Origin: Candidatus Woykebacteria bacterium RBG_13_40_15
Lineage (GTDB): Bacteria > Patescibacteriota > Microgenomatia > Woykebacterales > RBG-16-39-9b
Direction: 5' to 3'
Assembly (NCBI GenBank): GCA_001816655.1
Contig: MHCP01000011.1
Span: 1 to 38,563, forward strand
DNA: 38,563 bases
The notes below the pieces were generated by a model, which worked only from the letters and a program-made list of their open reading frames with translations, did not search any database and was not told the DNA's origin. Below are positions 10,689 through 18,273 of this stretch, in pieces; position 1 is the first letter of the stretch; the number at the start of each line of letters is the position of its first letter. The position numbers were made by a program, and so were the translations under genes.

Positions 10689-10716
10689 ACTCTAAATTGC
10701 AATTTTTAACTTTGAA
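10683..10716. repeat. Heptamer array, right arm of cassette 1 (inverted)
   Basis: CTTTGAA CTCTAAA TTGCAA TTTTTAA CTTTGAA; CTTTGAA is the reverse complement of TTCAAAG in the left arm. Confidence 0.7.
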
Positions 10717-10731
10717 TTAAAAATAAGCCAC

Positions 10732-10760
10732 TTGACAGGATTTATTAATATAGTTAGACT
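10732..10760 (+). promoter_or_regulatory. Sigma70-type promoter
   Basis: TTGACA-N17-TAGACT, 30 nt before ATG 10791. Confidence 0.7.
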
Positions 10761-10790
10761 AAAGAGCGATTACTAAAAAGAGGGTAAAAA

Positions 10791-13052
10791 ATGAAAGAAA
10801 CAATTTCAATTTTGGCTACTAAAACGATACAAATCGGGCTTGTACTTTTAGCTTTTTTGATTCCAATTTTTTTCCTACCGACAACTAGCGAATTTTATAA
10901 TTTCAACAAAGTAACGCTTCTCGTAATCGGCACTTTCTTCCTTCTATTTGTATGGGGAATAAAGATGGTGGCAGAACAGCGGGTACGGATAACAACTACC
11001 CCACTTGATATTCCGCTACTTCTTTTCCTTGGAGCATTTGTTTTAGCTACGCTTTTTTCGATTGATCCTGTGGTTTCTTTTATTGGTGCTCACCCGGTGT
11101 TTTTTGGATCGCTGCTCTCAGTAGCAGCTCTTATCATACTTTACTTTTTAGCTGTGGTTCATCTTGATAGCACTTATAGAAGTGCTCTTTTGGTTGCCTT
11201 TGCGGCATCTGCCACGGTTTTAGCTGCCTGCCTAATCGCTTATTACTTTGGGCATCCCCTGCTTTCGCAGTCATGGGCAAAAGCGAGAAACTGGACTCCA
11301 GCTGGCAATCTTGATTCTTTAGCTTTCTTCCTGGCAATCGCTTCGCTTCTAACAGCCTCACTTGCTGTCTTTACAAAACAGCAAATTATGAAGTACATAT
11401 TATTTGTTCTAGTAGCTATACAAATAGTAGCTTTAATTTTGATAAATAGCCTCTTTTCTTATATAGCCATCGCTACAGGAATTGCCTTCATAGTGTTATT
11501 TTTAACCCAAGTTAAACTAAATCAAGACGACAAGATTGGACTCATTATAATTTCGGTTATTGCTGTAGTTTTAGCGGTTTTAGTAAATGTAAGCCCACTT
11601 GGCGATTCAATAATAAAGCCGCTTATTGCGGGCAGTGACAAGAATGTCTCTATTACTAAACCGATACGGCTCCCATTGCAAGCTGCTTGGCAATCAAGCG
11701 CCTCCTCCCTAACAATTAGGCCAATTTTTGGCAGTGGGCCGGGAACTTTTGGGACAATTTTCCCTTCATTCAAACCAATCTCACTGAATGCGGTTAATAC
11801 AAATAATGTTTGGAATATAAGATTTGACCAGCCCAATAGCGGCCTACTTGATATTTTAGCTTCGACAGGAGCGGTAGGAATAATTGCTTTTCTAATTTTG
11901 GCTTTCGTTCTTTTGAGGGTTTTAATTTCATTTTCTAATAAGTCGGAGCTTGTGCGTAGCAATCCCTTTGTAATATTTTTACAAGCATCGCTAGTCGTCT
12001 TCCTTTTCGGTCTTATCTTCTTTGATTTTTCAGTGATTACTGCTTGTGCCTTCTTTTTAATTACAGCTGCTTTCTTTACCCTTGTTCGTGATTGGGGGTC
12101 AAACCTAGCAAGTGAAGTTGATCTTGAGCTGGTAACTTTGAAGGCGGGGGCAATAAGAGCTGTCAGCGCAGACGAAAAAGCTAGGCCAAATTCCTTTGCG
12201 TGGGTTATATTTATTCCCGCAGTGCTTTTATTCGTCGGGGTGATATTTCTTTCCTGGAAAACATATCAAGCTGAATTTTATTACCGAAAGGCAATCGTAG
12301 CATTTAATGACAACAAAGCTGACGAAACCAGGAAGGAATTAATCGCCGCTATAAAGGCAAACACCTACCGGGACACTTATCACCGGGCCCTTCTGGTCAC
12401 CGATCTAGCTATCGCCCAGGCATTAAATAGGAAGGGCGATCTGTCTCAAAACGAGCAAAATACCCTTGCCGCCCTGGTTACTGAAGCAATAGCTCAAGGA
12501 AAGATAATAACAGGTTATGAAGGTAGTGGACTAGGCGTATTTCAAATAAAGAAAGTACCAGGCACCTCTAGTTATAATGTAGCAAATTGGGAAAGTCTAG
12601 CTAATGTTTATGCTAATATTGGGGGAAACTTAAGAAACGACGCCTCTGTCCACGCTATTAATACTTTCTCACAAGCCGTCAGGCTAGACTCAACCAACCC
12701 AAGGCTCTACGAAGCTTTAGGAAATGTTTACTTTAACCTGGGAGACGTAGATAATGCCATAAAAAACTTTGAACTAGCTACCTCAGCAAAAGTTGACTAC
12801 GCGTCAGCCCATTACAACCTGGCACAAAGCTTGAAGAGAAAAGGAGACAATCCAGCTAGGGTTGTAAATGAGCTTTCATATACATTGCAAATCTTAAAGA
12901 ACAACAATGAGAAAAGCAGTGTAATTAATCAAGTACAAAAAGAACTAGATGAAGCACAGAAAGAATTGGAAAAGGCTCAGCAAAAAGCCCAAACCCAAAA
13001 GCCAGCTTCTACAATTACTCCAACTGCTAGCCCAAGTGTAGCTCCTAAATAA
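10791..13052 (+). CDS. O-antigen ligase (Wzy_C)-like polytopic membrane protein with C-terminal TPR repeats
   Basis: About 12 hydrophobic helices, loop motif RPIFGSGPGTF..N..LDILASTGAVG, and TPR-like YEALGNVYFNLGDVDNAIKNFELA..AHYNLAQ. Confidence 0.8.
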   Translation: MKETISILATKTIQIGLVLLAFLIPIFFLPTTSEFYNFNKVTLLVIGTFFLLFVWGIKMVAEQRVRITTTPLDIPLLLFLGAFVLATLFSIDPVVSFIGAHPVFFGSLLSVAALIILYFLAVVHLDSTYRSALLVAFAASATVLAACLIAYYFGHPLLSQSWAKARNWTPAGNLDSLAFFLAIASLLTASLAVFTKQQIMKYILFVLVAIQIVALILINSLFSYIAIATGIAFIVLFLTQVKLNQDDKIGLIIISVIAVVLAVLVNVSPLGDSIIKPLIAGSDKNVSITKPIRLPLQAAWQSSASSLTIRPIFGSGPGTFGTIFPSFKPISLNAVNTNNVWNIRFDQPNSGLLDILASTGAVGIIAFLILAFVLLRVLISFSNKSELVRSNPFVIFLQASLVVFLFGLIFFDFSVITACAFFLITAAFFTLVRDWGSNLASEVDLELVTLKAGAIRAVSADEKARPNSFAWVIFIPAVLLFVGVIFLSWKTYQAEFYYRKAIVAFNDNKADETRKELIAAIKANTYRDTYHRALLVTDLAIAQALNRKGDLSQNEQNTLAALVTEAIAQGKIITGYEGSGLGVFQIKKVPGTSSYNVANWESLANVYANIGGNLRNDASVHAINTFSQAVRLDSTNPRLYEALGNVYFNLGDVDNAIKNFELATSAKVDYASAHYNLAQSLKRKGDNPARVVNELSYTLQILKNNNEKSSVINQVQKELDEAQKELEKAQQKAQTQKPASTITPTASPSVAPK

Positions 13053-13107
13053 TTCACTAGGTAGATTGATTTACAGTTGAATCTTGTGAGGTTACCCACC
13101 GTACAAG

Positions 13108-13184
13108 TGGTGGACCTGGACGGATTTGAACCGTCGACCTCGCCCGTGCGAGGGGCGCGCTCTGGCCAACTGAGCTACAGGCCC
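13108..13184 (-). tRNA. tRNA-Ala(CGC)
   Basis: GGGCCTGTAGCTCAGTTGGCCAGAGCG..CGCCC-CTCGCAC-GGGCG..GGTTCAAATCC..CAGGTCCACCA; G3:U70 pair and encoded CCA. Confidence 0.97.
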
Positions 13185-13234
13185 GCAGTAGACACTTAAG
13201 GAAAGTTGAACCCTTAACCCTTCCTATACCAATT

Positions 13235-13310
13235 TGGTGGACCCAGCCGGACTTGAACCGGCAACCTCTTCCATGCCATGGAAGCGCTCTACCAATTGAG
13301 CCATGGGCCC
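13235..13310 (-). tRNA. tRNA-Ala(GGC)
   Basis: GGGCCCATGGCTCAATTGGTAGAGCG-CTTCC-ATGGCAT-GGAAG..GGTTCAAGTCC..TGGGTCCACCA; G3:U70 pair and encoded CCA. Confidence 0.97.
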
Positions 13311-13464
13311 AAATTGTTACGGGGCTGCAACTAATACTACCGACAGGCAAATAATTGCGACACAGGCCCACGTTAGTTTATAGTTTAGGACCAAAGAGCA
13401 CAACGAATTTTACCAAGAATTAAACTTAACCTCAAGTGACTATCTTTAACCTTATATCTTAGCC

Positions 13465-14496
13465 TTAAATCTTTCTAATCAGTTCGTCTTGCAAAGTCCT
13501 TATACCCTCCCCACTCATGGCAGAGATAGGTAATACTTTGATCTTCTTATTTTTAAATTGAGATATTTTGTTCTTTAAATCATCATCGGTAAGTAGATCA
13601 ATCTTAGTCAAAATGATAATTTGTGGTTTATCTACTAATTCTTTAGAGTGAGACGACAGTTCATTATTTATAATTGTAAGTTTTAAGGTTGGGTTTTCCT
13701 CTTCGGCCGAGATTAAATGAAGCAGAAGTTTAGTTCTTTCAACATGCCTAAGAAATAGATCACCTAACCCCTTGCCCTTCGAAGCTCCTTCTATCAAACC
13801 AGGAATATCAGCCAAAACTAGCTCTTTTCCGTAGCCTGCCCCCCGAAGCCTTGGCGAAGGGGGGTGGTGCATAACCCCTAAGTTTGGCTCCAGTGTTGTA
13901 AAAGGGTAAGAGGCAATTTTAGGAGTAGCAGAAGTTAATTTTGATAAAAGTGTGCTTTTTCCGGCATTTGGAAGACCTATCAACCCAACATCGGCCAAAA
14001 GTTTCAACTCTAGCACCAATTCAATTTCTTGTCCTTCTTCCCCCGGTTCGTGCCACCGCCATAAATCTTTCTCGCTATATCCTTCTGATATCTTAGATCT
14101 TAGATCTGATTTCTTAATATGGGCATTTCCCCGACCGCCTTTTCCACCTTTGACTATCATTACCTTTTCTCCTACGCGAGTTAAATCTGCAAAAAGATGT
14201 CCTTGGTTGTCAGTTACCTTCGTCCCAGCTGGCACTGATAGAAACAAGGTGCTGCCTGCTGCTCCTTTCTTATGCTTTTCCGCACCTCGAGCGCCGTCAG
14301 TAGCCTTGAAATCCTTCTTATAACGATACGGGAGTAGCGTGGTTAGGTTTTTATCAACCGCTAGATAAACATCACCGCCAGCTCCTCCATCACCACCGTC
14401 CGGTGGTCCAAGGCTTCGTCGCCCTTGCTTCGCGAAGGAGACAGCGCCGCTACCTCCCTTTCCTGCTTTAACTTTTAGCCTAACGTAATCAATCAT
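13465..14496 (-). CDS. obgE: GTPase ObgE/CgtA
   Basis: Gly-rich Obg N-domain (GPPDGGDGGAGG), LELKLLADVGLIGLPNAGKSTLL, YPFTTLEPNLG, DIPGLIEGAS, TKID. Confidence 0.97.
   Translation of the reverse strand: MIDYVRLKVKAGKGGSGAVSFAKQGRRSLGPPDGGDGGAGGDVYLAVDKNLTTLLPYRYKKDFKATDGARGAEKHKKGAAGSTLFLSVPAGTKVTDNQGHLFADLTRVGEKVMIVKGGKGGRGNAHIKKSDLRSKISEGYSEKDLWRWHEPGEEGQEIELVLELKLLADVGLIGLPNAGKSTLLSKLTSATPKIASYPFTTLEPNLGVMHHPPSPRLRGAGYGKELVLADIPGLIEGASKGKGLGDLFLRHVERTKLLLHLISAEEENPTLKLTIINNELSSHSKELVDKPQIIILTKIDLLTDDDLKNKISQFKNKKIKVLPISAMSGEGIRTLQDELIRKI
13835..13864. repeat. 30-nt REP-like hairpin inserted in frame in obgE (encodes about PPSPRLRGAG)
   Basis: CCTG-CCCCCC-GAAGCCTTGGCGAA-GGGGGG, preceded by GTAG; lies between NLGVMHH and YGKELVLADIPG, a loop that is normally short. 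Confidence 0.7.
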
Positions 14497-14591
14497 ATTT
14501 ATAAATTTAGAATGCAGAATTAAGAATTTTAAGATTCAGATTAATCTTAACTAAAAGTAACAATAATTGCATTATGTTAAAATTAAGTTGT

Positions 14592-15311
14592 ATGAGAAAA
14601 ACATTTCAAAAAGCTATTCTCATAACAATAGTACTTGTTTTTAGCTTTTTACTTCCTGCCTTGCCGGCAGGCAGGTTTAATTTTTACTTAAACTCTGTTT
14701 ACGCTTTTCAGCAAAGCTCAACTAATTACCAACTAGAAGGTGATTTTAATATCTTTTCTGGTTCAAAAAGCTCTAGTAATTATAGCCTTACCGACACCGG
14801 CGGTGGCTTGGGACCAGGGGCTGGTACTTCTGAAAATTATGGTATAGGCGCTGGTTTTCAATATGTCCTGGCAAAGTCGCCAAATATTGCCTTTACTATC
14901 TCCAAAAATTTAATTGATTTAAACGTACTTTCTGAAGCTTCAATTTCGAAGGATACTTTAGATCTTCTGGTTACAACAAGTCTATCTCGGGGCTACAAAG
15001 TTTATATAAGTGAGGACCATGATCTCCAAAGTGGAAGTAACACAATTGTTGTTTCAGACGGCACTATAAACGCTGGAGAGCAGGAATATGGGGTAGCTAC
15101 TGATAAAACTCTCCAAGATGTAGCTAACAGTGATTGTACTGAAAATGATTCTATTTCTGCAATTACTACCTCAAACCAAAGCGTTGCATCAGCAACTACT
15201 GATGTTACGGGAGATCCAACGCAGCTTTGCTTTGCCGCTTCAAAGACTGGTAGCACGCCGGCCGGAAGTTATAGTCACACAGTAACATTTATAATTGTCG
15301 GTAATTTTTAA
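14592..15311 (+). CDS. Secreted protein with WxL/pilin-like C-terminal domain
   Basis: Signal peptide (probable start MRKTFQ at 14592; track start 14574), SSTNYQL/SSSNYSL repeats, ends TPAGSYSHTVTFIIVGNF. Confidence 0.7.
   Translation: MRKTFQKAILITIVLVFSFLLPALPAGRFNFYLNSVYAFQQSSTNYQLEGDFNIFSGSKSSSNYSLTDTGGGLGPGAGTSENYGIGAGFQYVLAKSPNIAFTISKNLIDLNVLSEASISKDTLDLLVTTSLSRGYKVYISEDHDLQSGSNTIVVSDGTINAGEQEYGVATDKTLQDVANSDCTENDSISAITTSNQSVASATTDVTGDPTQLCFAASKTGSTPAGSYSHTVTFIIVGNF
14655..14675. repeat. 21-nt palindrome inserted in frame (PALPAGR)
   Basis: CCTGCCT-TGCCGGC-AGGCAGG, a GC-rich block inside an AT-rich signal-peptide sequence; related copy at 32094-32112. Confidence 0.75.
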
Positions 15312-15332
15312 TTGGTGTGTAAAACTAATTGC

Positions 15333-15362
15333 TTGACAGTCACCGTTCAAGTCTGAGATAAT
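15333..15362 (+). promoter_or_regulatory. Putative sigma70 promoter
   Basis: TTGACA-N18-GATAAT with an extended -10 TG. Confidence 0.5.
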
Positions 15363-15380
15363 TTCTTCAAGTTGATAAAA

Positions 15381-16448
15381 ATGAAAAAAATAGGAATAAA
15401 AATTGTTCTAGCTGTCTTTGTAGTCTCTCTTATCTTCCCCCTATTTGCCGGCAGGACTGAGAGTGCTAACTTAACCACAATGAGCGACACGATGAGCCGT
15501 CTTAAAATTAGCCAGAATTCAAATCACACAATTGTCTTTACCACCCCAACTGGTGTAGGTGCGGGAGAAAAAATCAAGGTTACTTTTTCCTCAGGTTTTG
15601 CATCGGGTTTAAATGGTGTAGATTTTGCTGACATGGACCTGGCAGATGATGGGAGTGACCTAGCTTTGGACGCCACTCCATCGGGAGCAACTTGGGGAGC
15701 AGCAGTTTCCACCAGAACTGTTACTTTTACATCTGGCACGGGAACCATCGTAGCAAGTTCTGTTATAACAATCGAAATTGGCACAAACGCTACTTACGGA
15801 GTGCCTGGAGACACGCAAATTGCTAACCCAGGAAGCTCTGGGAGTAACACAATAAATCTCGCTATAACAACCGCCGCTGATGCTGATATAGATACAGGAA
15901 GTCTAGCTGTAGCTATCATGGATGAGGATCAGATAACAGTTTCAGCAACAGTCAATCCAACCATTACCTCAGAATTACTTGATAGCGGTAATAATCCGGT
16001 TAGTACATGTGGTTTAGGCACTCTAACAACAGCCTCAGTTAGCGGATGTATATACAAAAATAGAGTTAATACGAATGCTACCAGCGGATACAGTGCAACA
16101 ATAGTTGAAAATGGTAACCTATGCAATCCTTCAGTTGCTGTTTGTACATATAATATAACTGACGTTGCTGATGGAGCCGTAAGCACTGCAGATTCTACTG
16201 ATGAATACGGAGTTTCGACAAGCGACGCGAACGCAACCGGAATAACTGCTGATTACGACGGTACTTGCGGAACCGGGGCGACTGAAGATGCATCTGCTAT
16301 TACTGGATCAGCCCAGATTTACGCAGATGAATCAAGCCCCCAAACAAATGATGACACAACACTCTGCCATTCAGCCGTTATTCTTGGTGCGACAGCTTCT
16401 GGTATTTACAGTCATATCGTAACTCATATTACAACAGGAAATTTTTAA
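15381..16448 (+). CDS. Secreted protein, C-terminal paralogue of the previous gene (WxL/pilin-like)
   Basis: Signal peptide MKKIGIKIVLAVF.. (track start TTG 15372); shares EYGV(S/A)T, T.LC..A and G.YSH.VT.I..GNF with the upstream protein. Confidence 0.75.
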   Translation: MKKIGIKIVLAVFVVSLIFPLFAGRTESANLTTMSDTMSRLKISQNSNHTIVFTTPTGVGAGEKIKVTFSSGFASGLNGVDFADMDLADDGSDLALDATPSGATWGAAVSTRTVTFTSGTGTIVASSVITIEIGTNATYGVPGDTQIANPGSSGSNTINLAITTAADADIDTGSLAVAIMDEDQITVSATVNPTITSELLDSGNNPVSTCGLGTLTTASVSGCIYKNRVNTNATSGYSATIVENGNLCNPSVAVCTYNITDVADGAVSTADSTDEYGVSTSDANATGITADYDGTCGTGATEDASAITGSAQIYADESSPQTNDDTTLCHSAVILGATASGIYSHIVTHITTGNF

Positions 16449-16451
16449 TAA

Positions 16452-17468
16452 ATGAAAAAACTGCTCTTCGCTGCCATTTTTAATAAAAAAAACCTGCTTC
16501 TCACAATACCTGTTTTTGCTCTCTTTACCACCGCTGCTTTAGTAAAAGCCCAGACTGATCAACCAACTACCGGAGCCTTCGGTTTGGCCGTCTCTCCCCC
16601 AACCCTTTCTCTAACAATGAATCCAGGGGAAGTCAGAACAGAAAAGATTATTATTGAAAATGTAACCAATCAAGCGACTACATATTATCCAGAAAAAGAT
16701 GATTTTGTTGCTCCAAAAGATGAAAGCGGTACACCAACTTTTATCAGCGAGGAAAAAACTTCGAGTACTTACTCCTTATCGAAATGGCTTACTATCTCTA
16801 AGGCTTCAATTACTTTAGCTTCAAAAGAGAAGCAAGTAGTAGATGTGACAATTTCTGTTCCAGCAAACGCTGAACCATCTGGGCACTTTGGAGCGGTTTT
16901 GTTTGGAACCATTGCTCCCAATACAGAAGGGACTGGAACAGGTCTGCAGGGAAAGATAGGAACATTGATCTTGGTCAGAGTCGCGGGAGATGCCAAAGAA
17001 AATGGAGTCGTTGCTAGTTTCACAACTGACAAATCCATCTACCAAAAACCGCCTGTAAATTTTGTAAGTCGAATAAGAAACCTTGGCAACGTCCACTTTG
17101 CACCAAGTGGTGAAATAGTTATCAAGGACATGTTCGGCAGAAAAATTGATTCTCTCAAAGTAAATGATGTCGCTGGTAATGTCTTGCCAGATAGCGTTAG
17201 GAAGTTTGAAAATAAGTGGGAAAAGTCTGTCCTCCCCGGCCTTTATAAAGCCGAACTACTTTTATCTTACGGTACTCCGCAGAAGAGTCTTACGGCAAGC
17301 GTATCCTTTTGGATCCTACCGTGGGTACAAATTTTGATCGGTTTGGCAATCTTGGTGGTAGTAATTCTCCTACTTGTTCTGGGAATGAAGCGCTACAACC
17401 GTTATATCGTCTCAAAAGCGGAAAATAAAGAAACGCCTACCTCCACCCCACCGACTGTTCAATGGTAA
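16452..17468 (+). CDS. DUF916/DUF3324 (WxL-interacting)-like membrane-anchored Ig-fold protein
   Basis: Signal peptide, VSPP..L...PGE, ISVPANAEPSGHFGAVLF, IRNLGNVHFAPSG, GNVLPDSVRKF, C-terminal TM helix followed by a basic tail. Confidence 0.75.
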   Translation: MKKLLFAAIFNKKNLLLTIPVFALFTTAALVKAQTDQPTTGAFGLAVSPPTLSLTMNPGEVRTEKIIIENVTNQATTYYPEKDDFVAPKDESGTPTFISEEKTSSTYSLSKWLTISKASITLASKEKQVVDVTISVPANAEPSGHFGAVLFGTIAPNTEGTGTGLQGKIGTLILVRVAGDAKENGVVASFTTDKSIYQKPPVNFVSRIRNLGNVHFAPSGEIVIKDMFGRKIDSLKVNDVAGNVLPDSVRKFENKWEKSVLPGLYKAELLLSYGTPQKSLTASVSFWILPWVQILIGLAILVVVILLLVLGMKRYNRYIVSKAENKETPTSTPPTVQW

Positions 17469-17577
17469 CAGCGCTCGACTTCAACATCCTATTTTCTCAA
17501 TTTGGTTCACCATAGTTAATTTTGATATAATCCAGCACACGATTCTTGCAGGTTCAGTGGAATCCCGATACACATGG

Positions 17578-17623
17578 GCACTATGTACACACCTGGTGTG
17601 TACATAAACACCAAGAGTGTACA
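17578..17623. repeat. REP-like palindrome downstream of the transposase remnant
   Basis: ATGTACACACC-T-GGTGTGTACAT (17583-17605, perfect 11-bp arms), followed by a degenerate copy ACACCAAGAGTGTACAT. Confidence 0.85.
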
Positions 17624-17636
17624 TCACACAATCGGG

Positions 17637-18102
17637 TTAGTCGAAGAGATGGTGTTTTAAGATTTCGAGGCTTTTAGCGTAGTCTGCCTGGTCTAAAGTA
17701 AATCTTTCATAATCTGCATTTGTTTTGAAATAAGACATTACGCTCTGCAATTCAATCGGCACCAACTCAGAGCTCTTCCCTGCCTCTAGATTCAAATACC
17801 TTGGGTAAGAAGACCAGGGGTAATTTCTTAAATCAACTACCAAGTTTGACACCAACGGGTTTAAATGTATGATTTGGCATTAGACAGAAGGCAAGGATTT
17901 CTACTAACTGACCTTCGGGAAGCTTGTTAAAATTCTGTTTTGGTCGTGATAATCGATTATTAGTGGGGCGGTAGTAATGTGCTATTGTTTCAAGGAAGTG
18001 AGCGTAATCATGATCGCTTAGAAATATATTCCTTTTCTCAACTCCCCTATTAAACAGGTGATAAATTTCGTTTGTTACAAGCAAGGGCTTTCTTCTCGGC
18101 AT
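17637..18102 (-). pseudogene. REP-associated/IS200-like HUH (Y1) tyrosine transposase, internally deleted and frameshifted
   Basis: N-part MPRR..YHLFNRGVEKRNIF..D.DY..FL..ILAFCLMPNH joins out of frame to IHLNPLVSNLVVDLRNYPWSSY at ~17870; the central region is missing. Confidence 0.88.
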
Positions 18103-18137
18103 AATAATGCTTATATTATAAACCCTCTACCGCCTCT

Positions 18138-18173
18138 TGTACACACCTGGTGTGTGCAGTGTGTGCATAGTGT
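18138..18173. repeat. REP-like palindrome upstream of the transposase remnant
   Basis: TGTACACACC-T-GGTGTGTGCA, then GTGTGTGCATAGTG, which is inverted relative to CACTATGTACACAC at 17579. Confidence 0.85.
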
Positions 18174-18194
18174 ACTACTTATCCTTTTTTACTT

Positions 18195-18223
18195 TTGACT
18201 TTTGACTTCAAATATGGTATAAA
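18195..18223 (+). promoter_or_regulatory. Sigma70-type promoter for the SAM-fibre gene
   Basis: TTGACT-N17-TATAAA with an extended -10 TG. Confidence 0.65.
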
Positions 18224-18273
18224 AAAGGTATAATTATACGTTTGTGAGTTTGTTGGAAGCCTAGGACCTACCA

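Noticed and set aside
13108-13310. tRNA-Ala as an integration site
   Set aside because: No duplicated tRNA 3' end was seen elsewhere in the window beyond the two tRNAs themselves.
13057-13371. 104-aa ORF from the track
   Set aside because: Overlaps two clear tRNA genes; spurious.
17860-17880. Programmed frameshift restoring the transposase
   Set aside because: Even if reframed, the product lacks the central catalytic region; a deletion explains the junction.
17578-18173. CRISPR array from the repeated palindromes
   Set aside because: Only two or three copies flanking a transposase; no regular spacers and no cas genes.
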